15,072 nt of DNA from Candidatus Asbonarchaeum danakilense (GTDB taxonomy: Archaea > Nanohalarchaeota > Nanosalinia > Nanosalinales > Nanoanaerosalinaceae): contig JAXINV010000019.1 in NCBI GenBank assembly GCA_034190465.1, positions 1-15,072 of the forward strand, read 5' to 3'. The position numbers were made by a program, and so were the translations under genes. Below the pieces are notes generated by a model. That model did no database searches and was not told the origin of the DNA. It was given only the letters and a program-made list of their open reading frames with translations. Below, one piece after another: positions 14,844-15,072 of the stretch; positions within the stretch are counted from its first letter, which is position 1; every line of letters begins with the position of its first letter.

Positions 14844-14917
14844 GGGTCCGTGGTCTAGTTGGTCAGGACGTCTCCCTTACGAGGAGAAGGCCAGCGGTTC
14901 GAATCCGCTCGGACCCA
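14844..14917 (+). tRNA. trnV: tRNA-Val(TAC), CCA not encoded
   Basis: Acceptor GGGTCCG/CGGACCC with discriminator A; D-arm GTCTAGTTGGTCAGGAC; anticodon arm TCTCC-CTTACGA-GGAGA; T-arm AGCGG-TTCGAAT-CCGCT. Confidence 0.96.
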
Positions 14918-14948
14918 TTCTGTAAAGCGGACCCTTCCTTTAGCAATC

Positions 14949-15072
14949 ACAGCACCGTTCGGTGCTGTTCGAACCTGCTTCCTCGTGAAGCAGGTGAGGT
15001 CCATCAGGTTCCACTCCTCGTGAAACCCTCGACAGAGGGGTTTCACTTCGGAAACTCTGTCCAAGAGTTTCC
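14949..15072. other. Array of four strong hairpins downstream of tRNA-Val (runs to the window edge)
   Basis: ACAGCACC/GGTGCTGT (14949-14968); ACCTGCTTC/GAAGCAGGT (14973-14995); GTGAAACCCTC/GAGGGGTTTCAC (15020-15046, one bulge); GGAAACTCT/AGAGTTTCC (15050-15072). Confidence 0.7.

Noticed and set aside
14725..14866. CRISPR array from the 23-bp repeat
   Set aside because: Only two copies, a 96-nt gap, tRNA-derived repeat sequence and no cas genes.
14925..15025. Second intact tRNA downstream of tRNA-Val
   Set aside because: No 7-bp acceptor stem, no U33 anticodon loop, and only a 3-bp T-like stem.
14855..15064. 69-aa minus-strand ORF, and the short ORFs 14608-14802 and 14667-14858
   Set aside because: They overlap the tRNA or hairpin region and lack the acidic composition of real genes here.

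Overview
Gene-dense, high-GC archaeal chromosome segment with strongly acidic proteins and TATA boxes about 21-32 nt upstream of mostly leaderless starts. The inferred source is a halophilic archaeon, most plausibly a nanohaloarchaeon-like DPANN lineage. In order, it encodes: a partial secreted DUF2341/LamG-like protein; a small membrane-anchored protein; a GH1 beta-glycosidase interrupted by one in-frame TAG; a secreted glycoprotein; XPD helicase; a degenerate KaiC/RAD55-like domain fused to an MglA/CvnD-type small GTPase, followed by a Roadblock/MglB gene; a hypothetical; NreA with a PIP box; an acidic protein with an internal repeat and a Zn ribbon; a UPF0282-type MBL hydrolase; a membrane protein; a second degenerate KaiC-like protein; a Zn-ribbon protein; a ThiI-like THUMP protein lacking its PP-loop; an acidic hypothetical; and tRNA-Val(TAC). 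The most unusual signals are (i) the tRNA-Val locus, where a 23-bp duplicate of the tRNA 5' end lies 119 bp upstream, the two copies could form a symmetric bulge-helix-bulge splice motif, and dense hairpin arrays flank the tRNA; (ii) the pseudo-KaiC-GTPase/Roadblock module with an altered G4 motif; and (iii) the amber-interrupted GH1. All family assignments come from motif recognition by eye, not database searches.
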